The notes under the pieces are model-generated. The model was not told the DNA's origin. It did not search any database and worked only from the letters and a program-made list of their open reading frames with translations. The position numbers and the translations under genes are program-made. From a virus, in the IMG/VR virus record IMGVR_UViG_3300035703_000053, positions 19,754 through 83,753 of that record: 64,000 nt of DNA. The stretch is one strand, 5' to 3'. Below, piece after piece: positions 45,905 to 55,385 of this stretch; position 1 is the stretch's first letter, and each line of letters begins with the position of its first letter.

Positions 45905-46254
45905 TGCGGTGTCGTCAATGTAACAGCAGTAACACACGTGTTACATGCACAGATCATTACGGTCAATACACCAAGCGTTATTGCCGTTGTCTTGATTGCA
46001 ACCACAAGTTCAGAACCATTGAACAGTATGAAGTATTAAAGCCTGGACCTCCCAAAGGGAAGCCACGTTCTGGAAAGATTGCTCGTGGTTCCAGCCATGG
46101 GCAAGCAGTCTTTACGGAACAGGACATTCGCAACATGCGTCTTATGTACGAATCAAAAAACCATACGTTGCAAGAAATTGCAGATAAGTATGGAACCTCT
46201 AGGGCTTACGCTTCTAAGATTATTAACCGGAAGCAGTGGACTCATGTCACGTAA
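45904..46254 (+). CDS. NrdR-like zinc ribbon fused to HTH
   Basis: MRC..C....TRV..T......R.C.CL.C..KFRT.E, then LQEIADKYGTSRAYASKII. Confidence 0.7.
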   Translation: MRCRQCNSSNTRVTCTDHYGQYTKRYCRCLDCNHKFRTIEQYEVLKPGPPKGKPRSGKIARGSSHGQAVFTEQDIRNMRLMYESKNHTLQEIADKYGTSRAYASKIINRKQWTHVT

Positions 46255-46474
46255 ATCAAAGTCTCAATACCAATTCAATGTTGGTGACCGTGTTGCTGAA
46301 CGTCCCAAGCCCCATGGGATATTCACGCAATGTGATGAAGCGTGTAAGCGTATTGCACAATATTGCAGCCAGTGGTATGGTGTAGTACTTAATACCGACA
46401 AACAGTGTCTTGCTTTTGAATTTTTCACAGAATACTTTGAGGGTTTGGGAACTATTGCTAATGAGAACTTATGA
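46244..46474 (+). CDS. hypothetical protein
   Basis: ATG 46244; FNVGDRV motif. Confidence 0.45.
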   Translation: MSRKSKSQYQFNVGDRVAERPKPHGIFTQCDEACKRIAQYCSQWYGVVLNTDKQCLAFEFFTEYFEGLGTIANENL

Positions 46475-46653
46475 AAAACTTCTGGAATAGACGAATGATG
46501 TGGTTCTGGTGTTTTGAGAGTTGGATAAAACTTATGAAGAATTCTTCAGAATTTTATGAGAGTTTTGAATGTAATAGACACTTTTTTTGGTTGTGTTTGA
46601 ATAACTATAATCAAGTTTTTGGTACGAATGATGAATTTGCGAAAGATAAATGA
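46471..46653 (+). CDS. aromatic-rich small protein
   Basis: ATGA overlaps at both ends. Confidence 0.4.
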   Translation: MKNFWNRRMMWFWCFESWIKLMKNSSEFYESFECNRHFFWLCLNNYNQVFGTNDEFAKDK

Positions 46654-46883
46654 GAAAACGACTTAGAACCCCTCCGAAATGTAGAGGACAACTTGGTAAA
46701 ACTGGTGCTACTAAAACTCACTTTGTAGAGCAGTATCAGGTGTATTTTGATGATTGGACTTATTGTGATGTTTCTGTCTGGATTGAGCACGGAGAAAACG
46801 AAAAGAATAGTCACAATATGGCACTACAAGTTGCCAAAAGTGAATTTCCAGATTTGAATGTTGAATGTGTTTATTACTGCTGA
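46650..46883 (+). CDS. hypothetical protein
   Basis: 77 aa. Confidence 0.45.
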   Translation: MRKRLRTPPKCRGQLGKTGATKTHFVEQYQVYFDDWTYCDVSVWIEHGENEKNSHNMALQVAKSEFPDLNVECVYYC

Positions 46884-46930
46884 TGAATTGAAGGCACTAT
46901 GATGACTGACCAACAAACCCTTGATAAACA

Positions 46931-47587
46931 ATGAGTAATGTCAAATTAATTTGGGCAACACCTAATGCTGAACAATTGATTGTAAAGATGGCACGCGTTA
47001 GTGCGCCCGCCAATCAAGACAATATGGATACAGCACCACGGTTGTTGAAGTACCTGATTAAACACAAACATTGGTCGCCGTACGAGATGGCTAATCTTTG
47101 TGTTGAAATCGAAACAACTCGTGGTATTTCAGCACAGATACTTAGGCATCGTTCATTCTCGTTCCAGGAATTTAGTCAACGTTATGCCGACGTTGGTGAA
47201 CTTGGTTCATCTATTGTTCCACACCTACGTAGGCAAGATGGTAAGAACCGACAGAACAGCATTGATGATTTATCGTCTGATGTAATTGCTGGTTATTATC
47301 GTCGCATTGGTCATCTCTTTGAAGATGCAGAGCATCTATATAGGGAGATGGTTAGTGCAGGTGTTGCTAAAGAATGTGCGCGTAACGTATTGCCTATTGC
47401 AACAAAAACTAGGATGTATATGAATGGTACCATCAGGTCTTATATCCATTATCTACAGGTTCGTACTCATGAATCAACCCAATTGGAGCACAGACAAATT
47501 GCAGAACAAATCAAAGACATCTTCTGTGAACAGTTCCCTATCATTGGGGAGGCAGTGTTCTCAGCAGAGGGTGCAGCCTCACGATGA
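46931..47587 (+). CDS. thyX: flavin-dependent thymidylate synthase
   Basis: HWSPYE, QILRHRSFSFQEFSQRY, KECARNVLP, TQLEHR. Confidence 0.95.
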   Translation: MSNVKLIWATPNAEQLIVKMARVSAPANQDNMDTAPRLLKYLIKHKHWSPYEMANLCVEIETTRGISAQILRHRSFSFQEFSQRYADVGELGSSIVPHLRRQDGKNRQNSIDDLSSDVIAGYYRRIGHLFEDAEHLYREMVSAGVAKECARNVLPIATKTRMYMNGTIRSYIHYLQVRTHESTQLEHRQIAEQIKDIFCEQFPIIGEAVFSAEGAASR

Positions 47588-47693
47588 TCAGTTCGCAAGG
47601 CTGTTCGTTTTCTAGATCAAGGAAACCACAAAAACTTGATCTCCCTCAGGGCTGACGTGGTTCTTCTGCACCCCATCTGTAGTATAGTTCTAC

Positions 47694-47720
47694 CGTCCTG
47701 GGTACGACGTTAAACTGCCT
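47694..47720 (+). ncRNA. pseudoknot family E4
   Basis: CGTC-CT-GGGTA-C-GACG-TTAAAC-TGCCT, just after a TATAGT -10-like box. Confidence 0.7.
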
Positions 47721-47763
47721 ATCAATGATTAGAAAAACTAATCAATCCATTCATCTCAACATC

Positions 47764-48546
47764 ATGAAACTTCTTAAGTTTTCCAAGGGTAACGGTAAGC
47801 TGAGCAATCGTCTTATCTTCTCACTACCTGCGGGATACGCATGTCCTAACGCTGGTGTATGCAAGACCTTTGCTGACCGTACCTCAGGTCTCATTGTCGA
47901 TCTGCCGCAGCTCACAGGCACTGTTGCGCCAGAGTACAGATGCTTTGCTGCTATGGCAGAGACTAGGCCAACCGTGCGTGAAGCTCGTTGGCATAACTGG
48001 GATCTCTTGCGTACCACCATGTATTCAGATGGTGAGCAGGCTGTGTTGATGCGTGACTTAATTGATATGTCACTCATGGCACAACCTGTGAAGAAGCTTG
48101 TGCGTATTCATGAGTCCGGTGACTTCTGGTGCGAGAACTATCTCAAGGCTTGGCTGATGGTTGCAGACCAGCGGCCACAACAAACTTTCTATGCCTATAC
48201 CAAATCACTAGGCATGTGGCACAACTTGAAGGATCAGATCCCGCCCAACTTCTATCTCACTGCATCGTACGGCGGTACACTTGACTACATGCTGGAGAAG
48301 AATACAGATGTGTATCAGCGCATTGCATATGTTGTGTACACAGAGCAAGAGGCGGCAGAGCTAGGACTTGAGATTGATCATGACGATAGCCACTGTCTAG
48401 GTGACAAACCTTTTGCACTTCTTGTGCACGGCAACCAGCGTGCTGGGTCTGATGCGATGAAGGCTCTAACTCAACGCAAGAAGGAAGGTGGGTTTGTTGG
48501 TTACAACTCCAAAAGAAAATCTGTAAAACCTTGCGTTACAAAATAA
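47764..48546 (+). CDS. gene product 88 (GP88)-like protein
   Basis: GNGKL, FSLPAG..CP.AG.C...CFA, RIHESGDF, FYAYTK; track start 47725. Confidence 0.7.
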   Translation: MKLLKFSKGNGKLSNRLIFSLPAGYACPNAGVCKTFADRTSGLIVDLPQLTGTVAPEYRCFAAMAETRPTVREARWHNWDLLRTTMYSDGEQAVLMRDLIDMSLMAQPVKKLVRIHESGDFWCENYLKAWLMVADQRPQQTFYAYTKSLGMWHNLKDQIPPNFYLTASYGGTLDYMLEKNTDVYQRIAYVVYTEQEAAELGLEIDHDDSHCLGDKPFALLVHGNQRAGSDAMKALTQRKKEGGFVGYNSKRKSVKPCVTK

Positions 48547-48581
48547 ATCGTGTACGATCTGTCAGTCTTCTTGATTGACAG

Positions 48582-48815
48582 ATGTCTTACATGCTTGCGT
48601 GCTGGAGGTGGGGTAAACCTTACGGGGTGACTGCCTCCAGCAGTTCTAATAAGTTTGAGTTGATTCCGTTAGACTCGGATTCAGCATTATCAAAAGTGTT
48701 CAGCCATCCATACAGGGCTGGTGCACAAAACATCTTGAGCTGGATCCAAAACAATGACACAGAAATTAACGGTGAAGAACTCACAATTCAAGATCTCGCC
48801 AGGTTCCAGCACTGA
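48582..48815 (+). CDS. hypothetical protein
   Basis: 77 aa, overlaps the pol start. Confidence 0.5.
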   Translation: MSYMLACWRWGKPYGVTASSSSNKFELIPLDSDSALSKVFSHPYRAGAQNILSWIQNNDTEINGEELTIQDLARFQH

Positions 48816-51402
48816 TACATTTCTTATCTTTGATTGTGAGACGGACGGCCTCTATGATGCAGTGACAACTATCCATTGTCTTGTCATCTACGATGTCGTC
48901 CGACAACAAACTTTTAGCTATGGGCCTGACCGCATTGCTGATGCTCTTGCTCACCTGGCAACTGCTGATGTTTTGATTGGCCACAACATTATCTTTTATG
49001 ACATTCCTGTCATTGAAAAACTTTATTCAAGTTACGCATTTAAATCTACAAACCTTTCATTTAAATCCAAGCACGTCATCGACACACTTGTATGTACAAG
49101 ATTGATCTGGCCCAAGGAAGTTCTCTATGAACTTGACACAGAACAATATCCGCAGGTTCCAAAGGGCTTGCGTGGATCCGCATCACTTAAGGCATGGGGA
49201 TGGAGGCTGGCCGATCATAAGATCGACTTCAAAGATTTCTCTGAATACAGCCAAGAGATGCTTAAGTACTGTATGGCACCCCATCACAAGGTTTTGCGTG
49301 ATGACCTCCGCTGGATTGAATGCGGTTCTATTAATGTTGGTGATGCTATTCTTGGTTTCGATGAATACGGACCAAACAGAAAATTCAAAGCTACAAAAGT
49401 ACTCGTAAAAAACTTTGATGAAGCTGAGCTATTTGAAGTTGTTTTAGAGTCAGGTAAAGTATTTCATGTAACCAAAGAACATAGATGGCTGACTTCATTA
49501 GTCCGTACTGACGGCACTGGTTACCTTCAAGGTAATTGGGTAGAAACTCAGAACCTCCGTACAGATAGTTCTTGCGGCTCAAAAGTACCAAGATTTTTTG
49601 AGCCTTGGGAAGAAGACCTTTCTAAAGATGCTGGCTGGCTGGCAGGAATGTTTGATGGTGAAGGTACTATCTCAAAGAAACGTGTTGACTTTAGTATTGC
49701 TCAAAGACCTGGTATTACATTAAAGAGGCTTGAAGAACTTCTTTGTACTAAATACAATAAAGACTGTGTAAAACATGTCATTAAAAAAAATTCAGATTGT
49801 TTGTCTTTACGTTTTACAGGTAATCAATATTCAAAGATTGAGTTTCTTGGCAAGATTAGGCCAGAGAGATTGATAAATAAATTTAGTTTTGATCAAATGG
49901 GGCGCATGGAAATTAAATCTTCGTGTTTAGTGGATCGTGTCATATCCGTTAAAAGCATTGGCAAAGGAACAATAGTTAAGTTGACAACTGATTCTTCTAC
50001 TTTTGTATTAGATGGTTATCCAATGCACAACTGCCAGCAGGACGTGGCAGTCACTAAGAAGCTTTATGAACTTATCCAAAAACAAAACTATCCAGAAGCA
50101 GCGCTCAAGCTGGAGCATGAACTTGCTGTCTCCATTAACAAACAAATTAGAGCAGGTATTCCTTTTGATGTTGATGCATGCCTTGATCTCGTGGATGATC
50201 TACGAGCAAAGGAAAAAGAACTTGAGTTACAACTAAAGGAAATTTTTCCACCTATTAAACACGAATCAATTTTTGTTCCAAAGGTAAACAACAAGAAACG
50301 TGGTTATGTTAAAGGTCAACCCTTCACTAAAGTTACGTATCAGGAGTTTAATCCTGGGTCTCGCGATCAGATTGTACAGCGTCTCACAGAAAAATATGGA
50401 TGGCAGCCCGAAGCCACCACTGAGAAAGGTAATCCAATTCTTAATGATGATGTACTTGAAACTTTGCCGTACCCAGAAGCAAAACCATTAGCTGAATATA
50501 TGTTGATCAAGAAACGTCTTGGTCAGATTGCTGATGGTAATAATGCTTGGCTCAAGTTAGTAACTGAAGACTGCAAGATCCATGGTGATGTAGTCACTAA
50601 TGGATGTATAACAGGAAGGGCATCTCATCGGACACCAAACATGGCTCAGGTTCCAGCAAGCTATTCACCTTATGGGAAGGAATGTCGCAGCCTTTTCTAT
50701 GCACCAAACAATTGGGATCTTATTGGTATTGATGCCAAAGCACTAGAGCTACGTTGTCTAGCTGGTTATCTTGCTCTCTGGGATGACGGTGAATACGCAA
50801 GTATAGTCACTAATCCCGATATTGATATTCATGTTTATAACCAGCAGATGTTTGGTGTTGCTACACGTGATATATCAAAGAGACTGCTATACGCCCTATT
50901 ATATTCTTGTGGTGCAATGAAAGCTGGTACACTAATTGATCCGAATGAAAAAGATGAAACAGTTCTCAGAAGACTAGGAAGTAATGCAATCAATTCATTC
51001 ATGAAAGGTGTGCCGGCACTTAAGAAACTTAAAGAGCAGATTGAAGAAAAGATTGCAACGCGTGGTTATCTCAAGGGATTAGATGGTCGTGTGTTGTATT
51101 GCCGTTCTGCATTCAAAGGATTGAACGTATTACTACAGGCAAGTGGCGCAGCAATCATGAAGCAAGTAGTAGTGAATGTACATAACAACATTGAGAACAG
51201 TCTTGGACTAGAGCATGGCCAGGATTGGGAGCAACTCTTGTTCATACACGATGAGATTGAGGTGGCATGTAGTCCCAGATACACAGAAGACATCAAGACT
51301 GAAGCACTGAAAGCCTTTGAGGAAGCTGGAGAATTCTTTAGCTTCCGTTGTCCTATTGAGGGAGATGCTAAAGTTGGTCGCACTTGGTACGATGTTCACT
51401 AA
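48754..51402 (+). CDS. polA: family A DNA polymerase (T7-like) with 3'-5' exonuclease and intein
   Basis: FDCETDG, GHNIIFYDIP, FNPGSRDQI, TGR.SH..PNMAQVP, DAKALELR, K.LLYALLY, HDEI. Confidence 0.95.
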   Translation: MTQKLTVKNSQFKISPGSSTDTFLIFDCETDGLYDAVTTIHCLVIYDVVRQQTFSYGPDRIADALAHLATADVLIGHNIIFYDIPVIEKLYSSYAFKSTNLSFKSKHVIDTLVCTRLIWPKEVLYELDTEQYPQVPKGLRGSASLKAWGWRLADHKIDFKDFSEYSQEMLKYCMAPHHKVLRDDLRWIECGSINVGDAILGFDEYGPNRKFKATKVLVKNFDEAELFEVVLESGKVFHVTKEHRWLTSLVRTDGTGYLQGNWVETQNLRTDSSCGSKVPRFFEPWEEDLSKDAGWLAGMFDGEGTISKKRVDFSIAQRPGITLKRLEELLCTKYNKDCVKHVIKKNSDCLSLRFTGNQYSKIEFLGKIRPERLINKFSFDQMGRMEIKSSCLVDRVISVKSIGKGTIVKLTTDSSTFVLDGYPMHNCQQDVAVTKKLYELIQKQNYPEAALKLEHELAVSINKQIRAGIPFDVDACLDLVDDLRAKEKELELQLKEIFPPIKHESIFVPKVNNKKRGYVKGQPFTKVTYQEFNPGSRDQIVQRLTEKYGWQPEATTEKGNPILNDDVLETLPYPEAKPLAEYMLIKKRLGQIADGNNAWLKLVTEDCKIHGDVVTNGCITGRASHRTPNMAQVPASYSPYGKECRSLFYAPNNWDLIGIDAKALELRCLAGYLALWDDGEYASIVTNPDIDIHVYNQQMFGVATRDISKRLLYALLYSCGAMKAGTLIDPNEKDETVLRRLGSNAINSFMKGVPALKKLKEQIEEKIATRGYLKGLDGRVLYCRSAFKGLNVLLQASGAAIMKQVVVNVHNNIENSLGLEHGQDWEQLLFIHDEIEVACSPRYTEDIKTEALKAFEEAGEFFSFRCPIEGDAKVGRTWYDVH
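49270..50031 (+). mobile_element. intein (254 aa) with LAGLIDADG remnant
   Basis: KY|CMAPHHKVL...TKEHRW...WLAGMFDGEG...YPMHN|CQQD; removal restores ExoIII YCQQD. Confidence 0.92.
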
Positions 51403-51407
51403 TGTCC

Positions 51408-51434
51408 CGTCCCAGGTAAGACGTTAAACTGCCT
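51408..51434 (+). ncRNA. pseudoknot family E5
   Basis: CGTC-CC-AGGTA-A-GACG-TTAAAC-TGCCT. Confidence 0.75.
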
Positions 51435-51455
51435 TAACACTTTCTTTTTGATCCG

Positions 51456-52265
51456 ATGAATTTTGCAACAGTTTGTGCACAACTTGCCGAGGATCCTCGG
51501 GAGGTTTATACCAGTGCAACCTCAACTGCTATCCGCTGTAACGTGATGTTGCCTCCAGTAGGTAACAAAGCACCGACTCTGATTGAACTGAATGCTTACG
51601 GCAAAACTTCCGAGCGACTTGCGCGTCTCCAAAAGAACGCACAGATTTACATTCACGGCGCCAAGCTACGTTTCGATCTTGACGCAAGAGCGTACTCACT
51701 ACATGGAGGAGTTATTGCACAAGTTAACGATCAGTTCCCAATCCTCAACACAGTCATCCTTAGTGGACGTTGTGTAAAAGATATTGATACTGCCGATCAA
51801 CGTGCATTTAAAACTACTGCGTCAGGTCTGATGATTTGTAATCAGACATTGGCAGTAAGCACCGGAAGGAATCAATCAGACTTGTTCAACTTCTATGCCA
51901 TCAATTCCCATGAAGACAAGCTAAACCAGGCTCAGCTGCTAGCTGACTTCACGCGCAAGGGCGTGGGGCTGACGATCCAGGGTCGGTTGGTTACCGATGC
52001 CTGGAAGGACAATGACTCTGGTGAGAAGAAAGCTGTGACTAAGATACAGCTAGTGTCAATGACTCTTGCACCTAAGCCCCAGGGTAGTGGGCAAGAAATC
52101 AAACCGCAAACTACGGTTAGCTCATCGGAGAATGTGACTTCCCTTTGGGGTGGTCGCACTGTGGAAGAGTCACAAGATGTGTGGAATCAAGCATCTGGTG
52201 GTGGACTTCCCGATCTGCCGGGCCAATATGGTACGGCACCTGACCTTGACGAAATCCCTTTCTGA
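51456..52265 (+). CDS. ssb: single-stranded DNA-binding protein (tandem OB folds)
   Basis: NTVILSGR, KG..LTIQGRL.TD.WKD..SGEK, DEIPF tail. Confidence 0.8.
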   Translation: MNFATVCAQLAEDPREVYTSATSTAIRCNVMLPPVGNKAPTLIELNAYGKTSERLARLQKNAQIYIHGAKLRFDLDARAYSLHGGVIAQVNDQFPILNTVILSGRCVKDIDTADQRAFKTTASGLMICNQTLAVSTGRNQSDLFNFYAINSHEDKLNQAQLLADFTRKGVGLTIQGRLVTDAWKDNDSGEKKAVTKIQLVSMTLAPKPQGSGQEIKPQTTVSSSENVTSLWGGRTVEESQDVWNQASGGGLPDLPGQYGTAPDLDEIPF

Positions 52266-52268
52266 ACC

Positions 52269-52511
52269 ATGGCGCTCCAAATGAACATTACTGAACTTGA
52301 CTTCAGTTTGCTTGATGCAATTGCCTATGAGTATTTCATGGACAATCTAAATGAATGTATTGAAGTGAACAGCGAAGATGGCGCTGATGTACTATCTCAA
52401 TCTGTTGAACTTCTTGCAGAACTTTCATTCTGTATTGGAGAAATGTTTGTACAAAAACGTCTGAACTATCTTGAGCGCAAGCACAAAAAAGAACAGGAGA
52501 GCAATGACTAA
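52269..52511 (+). CDS. hypothetical protein
   Basis: 80 aa. Confidence 0.55.
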   Translation: MALQMNITELDFSLLDAIAYEYFMDNLNECIEVNSEDGADVLSQSVELLAELSFCIGEMFVQKRLNYLERKHKKEQESND

Positions 52512-52713
52512 TTTTAAATTGGTAAAACGTGCGTTTACATTTACTTTTGTGGAAGATGACTTTAGTTGCGTTCTTGAGAGTCAAGCTGTAACCACTGATG
52601 AAGTTATGGTACACCTCATTCAATTTCTTCGGGGGTGTGGGTACCAGGATGAAAGCATCTATGACGCAATGCGTGAGGCGATTGATGAGCGTGATGCTTT
52701 CAACAAATGCTGA
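52504..52713 (+). CDS. hypothetical protein
   Basis: AGGAG RBS; FLRGCGY motif. Confidence 0.6.
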   Translation: MTNFKLVKRAFTFTFVEDDFSCVLESQAVTTDEVMVHLIQFLRGCGYQDESIYDAMREAIDERDAFNKC

Positions 52714-52778
52714 AATGGCCCTGCACACTGGCCTCCGGACGGCCTTAAAAGCGTCGATGTCCAAACCCTGAAAAAACC

Positions 52779-53894
52779 ATGACTACAACTCCGGTTGACA
52801 TGATGTCTGAAGAATGGATGGACAACATCCAGGCTTCTGCTGCTTCTAATTATGGTTCTGTTCCTTCTCTGAAAACTTCTACAAAAATGACTGTGAAGAA
52901 AACGTCTGCTCTTGCAACTCGTGGTATCGAGTCTTTCAAACTATTTCAATCTAAAGAGTTTGTATCTGGTTACCAGAATCTGGTGACAATTCAGCCGTTG
53001 AATAAGTCTAAGACTCGTGGTTGGTTTGTTCGTAACTCTGACCTGGATACTTGCGGCTGGAGTGCAACTGAAGATCAGTTTGCCAAAGGTTCTGTTATCT
53101 GGAACTACAAGCAAACATTTGGTATGGCACCTAACACTTCTGTTGAAGAGGGCCTTAATTTCACTGAGCCTCGTCTCCAGATCCTATTGCGTTCTCCCCT
53201 CATGGTTGAGGAAACCACAGGGATGCGTCAAACGATTGGAACCTTTGACGATCCAGATGTCAAAGAATTGTTTGAAGCCGATAAGATTGCATCCGACCTT
53301 GCCAACAGCAAGGGCGAGATGTACAAGCGTAAGTACAGTGTACGTACAAAGTATCTGGTGTATATCCTGACCCAGGACAATAAGCGTGCTCACAAAATTC
53401 CTATGGTGCTTACCCTCAAGGGTCTTAATGGTACTGACGTCAGCGACAAAGTCAAGCTGTACGAAAGGGAAATGTCTAAGTGCTTGAGCAAGGCACTAGA
53501 CGCTGAAGTACCACTGAGCTTTAATGAAAAGTTCTATGCCACTACCGTATTTGCTCCGGTACTTGCCAATGAGATGCGCGGCGCCAACAACGTTGAGATC
53601 TGTGCAATTGAATCTTTTGACATACCTGATTACAGCAACCAAGAAGCCGCTGTCGAATCACTAAATCGCTTGTCAATTCCTGATGAAGATCGTGAATCTA
53701 CTTGGAAGTTCCAAGAGTTGTTCCAGGATTACATCAACCAGCATTCTCGGCAAGATGCAGAGAAACTTGGTGGTGCATATGGAATTAAAACTGGTGTAGA
53801 GATTCTGCCTGTATCTCGCACCACGGATGCAGTTGATGTGAAAGCATTAGCTGGTAGCTATGATGTCACGGGTGAGGATGCTAGTCTGTCGTGA
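52779..53894 (+). CDS. hypothetical protein in replication module (DUF5895-like, tentative)
   Basis: 371 aa; PRLQIL.RSPL and HKIP.VLTLKG segments. Confidence 0.6.
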   Translation: MTTTPVDMMSEEWMDNIQASAASNYGSVPSLKTSTKMTVKKTSALATRGIESFKLFQSKEFVSGYQNLVTIQPLNKSKTRGWFVRNSDLDTCGWSATEDQFAKGSVIWNYKQTFGMAPNTSVEEGLNFTEPRLQILLRSPLMVEETTGMRQTIGTFDDPDVKELFEADKIASDLANSKGEMYKRKYSVRTKYLVYILTQDNKRAHKIPMVLTLKGLNGTDVSDKVKLYEREMSKCLSKALDAEVPLSFNEKFYATTVFAPVLANEMRGANNVEICAIESFDIPDYSNQEAAVESLNRLSIPDEDRESTWKFQELFQDYINQHSRQDAEKLGGAYGIKTGVEILPVSRTTDAVDVKALAGSYDVTGEDASLS

Positions 53895-54114
53895 CTTTCT
53901 TTGGGATGCTATTGAAATGACTTGAGTAATTCTCGTTCATTAATTCCATAGCATCCCTGACTAATCCTTTAATTGCCATCTGCCGTGTTGTTGCAATCTT
54001 TGTCAGCAGCACGGCAATTTCTTTTAGCTCACTAAGTGATGTACATTCATTAATTGTTCTGAACATCTTTTCTTGCCAGAACAAATCTTCTGGAGACGAT
54101 TCGAAATGTAACAT
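53881..54114 (-). CDS. divergent NblA-like helix-hairpin protein (tentative)
   Basis: SPEDLFWQEKMFRTINECTSLSELKEIAVLL; lone antisense gene in this arm. Confidence 0.45.
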   Translation of the reverse strand: MLHFESSPEDLFWQEKMFRTINECTSLSELKEIAVLLTKIATTRQMAIKGLVRDAMELMNENYSSHFNSIPKKVTTD

Positions 54115-54194
54115 GCTATTAATTTGGTTTTGTTTATTCTACTCACATAGTTAAATCCTGTTTTGAATTAAAGGTTGTATTTAGAAACACATTC

Positions 54195-54392
54195 ATGAAG
54201 CCCGAACACAAAGCAATGTTTAAGTATGGAGGATCCTTTGGCCTGGTTGGTGCAGGGCTGCTTGCTGCTGTGGGCACTCCTGTGGCATGGGCTGCGCTGG
54301 CTTACGGAACCTACAAGGTATCCAAGGCGGCGTACCAAAACGCCAAGCTCAGTGCTATGCTCCAGGAAGACGACGGCAATTGGCGCGTCTAG
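54195..54392 (+). CDS. small hydrophobic protein
   Basis: Gly/Ala-rich predicted TM segment. Confidence 0.55.
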   Translation: MKPEHKAMFKYGGSFGLVGAGLLAAVGTPVAWAALAYGTYKVSKAAYQNAKLSAMLQEDDGNWRV

Positions 54393-54416
54393 TCAATCTC
54401 AACCTAATCTCAACCT

Positions 54417-55355
54417 ATGTCTACCCAAGTACAAGAAGAACTTAACGCAGCGCAAGCGTGCATCTACACACGTACCAACATTGCGCGTGCGTACCAGGGC
54501 TTTGATGACACCGAAGTTGCTGGCATTTATTTGCGAGGTGATCATTGTGTTGTGGTGCATCGCGATGGTGTTGAGCAGACTTTTGAGCGGTCATTGATTA
54601 AAGCTGCGCACCAGTCTTATACTCATAGACTCAAAGACTTCTTTTCTTACCTTGGTCCCCATTATCGTGGCCCTAGTGTATGGCATAACAATGCTTACAT
54701 TATGTTTAAGGGCTGGCACTACACACACTCACTCGGACACCTGACTTCAAATGCAAAACTACAACAGCACTGGGCCGACAAATTTATACACCTATCAGAC
54801 TCTGCCAAAGTCACAACCCTCCTCCAGTCCAACCAAACGGACCTGGGGCATCTGGTTGCGCCGGACGGGATGCGGCTTTCAAATCGGCCGATTGATATGG
54901 ACGCTGAGTTGGTGGAAAACGAAAGTTCCATTCAGGCACCTGAACCTTGGTGTTCATGCGGGTCCTTTCAGCGTCAGCTCAACAATGTGGATTTGTTCCG
55001 ACAAGAGATTGAAGGATTCAAGCCATGGTGCATCCACTTGACTTGGTTCCACAAGTACCGTGAACTGTTGTGCAAACGCACAGAAGCACGTAACGCATCA
55101 ACCAGTGGAACGCCAGATAAGTGTGTAGCCTGGTGGTATGCACCACCTGCAGACCACACCAATGATGGACGCTTTGTGCTTTTGTATACCAAGTCTGGTG
55201 CACAGGCTCCGTTGACGCACTGGCGTACCTACAAACCAAAGGAAATTTTTACTCAGCACCAGGCGTGGGATTTGTTTTTCAGTATGATGGAGGCTGGCTA
55301 CGTACCATTTCCTGGTGTTGCTTTGCCTCAACTTCAATCAGCAATTAAGAAATGA
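54417..55355 (+). CDS. SWIM zinc-finger protein
   Basis: WCSCGSF...KPWCIHL. Confidence 0.65.
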   Translation: MSTQVQEELNAAQACIYTRTNIARAYQGFDDTEVAGIYLRGDHCVVVHRDGVEQTFERSLIKAAHQSYTHRLKDFFSYLGPHYRGPSVWHNNAYIMFKGWHYTHSLGHLTSNAKLQQHWADKFIHLSDSAKVTTLLQSNQTDLGHLVAPDGMRLSNRPIDMDAELVENESSIQAPEPWCSCGSFQRQLNNVDLFRQEIEGFKPWCIHLTWFHKYRELLCKRTEARNASTSGTPDKCVAWWYAPPADHTNDGRFVLLYTKSGAQAPLTHWRTYKPKEIFTQHQAWDLFFSMMEAGYVPFPGVALPQLQSAIKK

Positions 55356-55385
55356 AAACACACGACATCTCAAAGAACTAAATAA

